Source of the DNA: Dehalococcoidia bacterium
GTDB taxonomy: Bacteria > Chloroflexota > Dehalococcoidia > SHYD01 > SHYC01
Length of the DNA stretch: 64,000 nucleotides
Direction: 5' to 3'
Assembly: GCA_009693005.1 (NCBI GenBank)
Contig: SHYC01000001.1
Coordinates: 3,580 to 67,579, forward strand
Positions 63,977 through 64,000 of the stretch are shown here, piece after piece. Each line of letters begins with the position of its first letter. The first letter of the stretch is position 1. The translations under genes and the position numbers were made by a program. The notes under the pieces are model-generated. The model ran no database searches and was not told where the DNA came from. It was given only the letters and a program-made list of their open reading frames with translations.

Positions 63977-64000
63977 TCGCTCCAGGATATAGTAGTGCTA

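Overview
This 64 kb window reads as a GC-rich bacterial chromosome, probably a Chloroflexota-like anaerobe. That guess rests on DUF11, YVTN and PQQ-repeat surface proteins and on GGAGG ribosome-binding sites. Housekeeping genes (nuoM-nuoN, der-plsY-gpsA, cdaA-cdaR, argF, rsmI, folE, ligA, a tRNA-Met) are interleaved with accessory and defence-like loci.

**1-8150.** An island sits between the window edge and the 3' end of nuoN. It carries a Type III-like restriction-modification operon in res-then-mod order, and both genes look broken. The Res subunit (DEAH helicase plus a C-terminal PD-ExK nuclease) is split by a frameshift. The beta-class Mod methyltransferase is interrupted by an in-frame TAG, with about 300 more in-frame codons after it. 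A co-directional partial ORF continues past the window start. The island ends in two roughly 200 bp direct repeats, each a truncated 5' fragment of a tyrosine-integrase gene, bracketing an ORF6N gene and a solitary MNT nucleotidyltransferase gene.

**11405-13222.** A dCTP-deaminase-family protein (PF06559-like) is followed by a small P-loop kinase. The pairing resembles nucleotide-depletion antiphage modules.

**23180-24607.** A small overlapping two-gene module (unknown protein plus HEPN-like protein) is tandemly duplicated. The first HEPN copy is truncated at the duplication junction.

**49847-54845.** This is the most unusual locus. A short, degenerate methyltransferase-like paralogue comes first. 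It is translationally coupled to an Eco57I/TaqI-family gamma-class N6-adenine methyltransferase that carries a four-cysteine insert and an in-frame TAA before its last 67 codons. That gene is in turn coupled to an 845 aa fusion of a T5orf172/GIY-YIG-like domain with an SF2 (DEYH) helicase. This is a candidate NTP-dependent restriction or novel defence system.

**Other notable features:**
- a CsbB/YfhO-like glycosylation pair (28641-29321 and 25097-28084);
- a folE-GNAT-MshA-like-PIG-L cluster (43247-47094);
- a PspA module with a retropepsin-like protease (48522-49807);
- a 38 bp motif present twice, 47 kb apart;
- a duplicated promoter-like element upstream of an alcohol dehydrogenase gene.

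I found no rRNA genes, CRISPR arrays or intact transposases.
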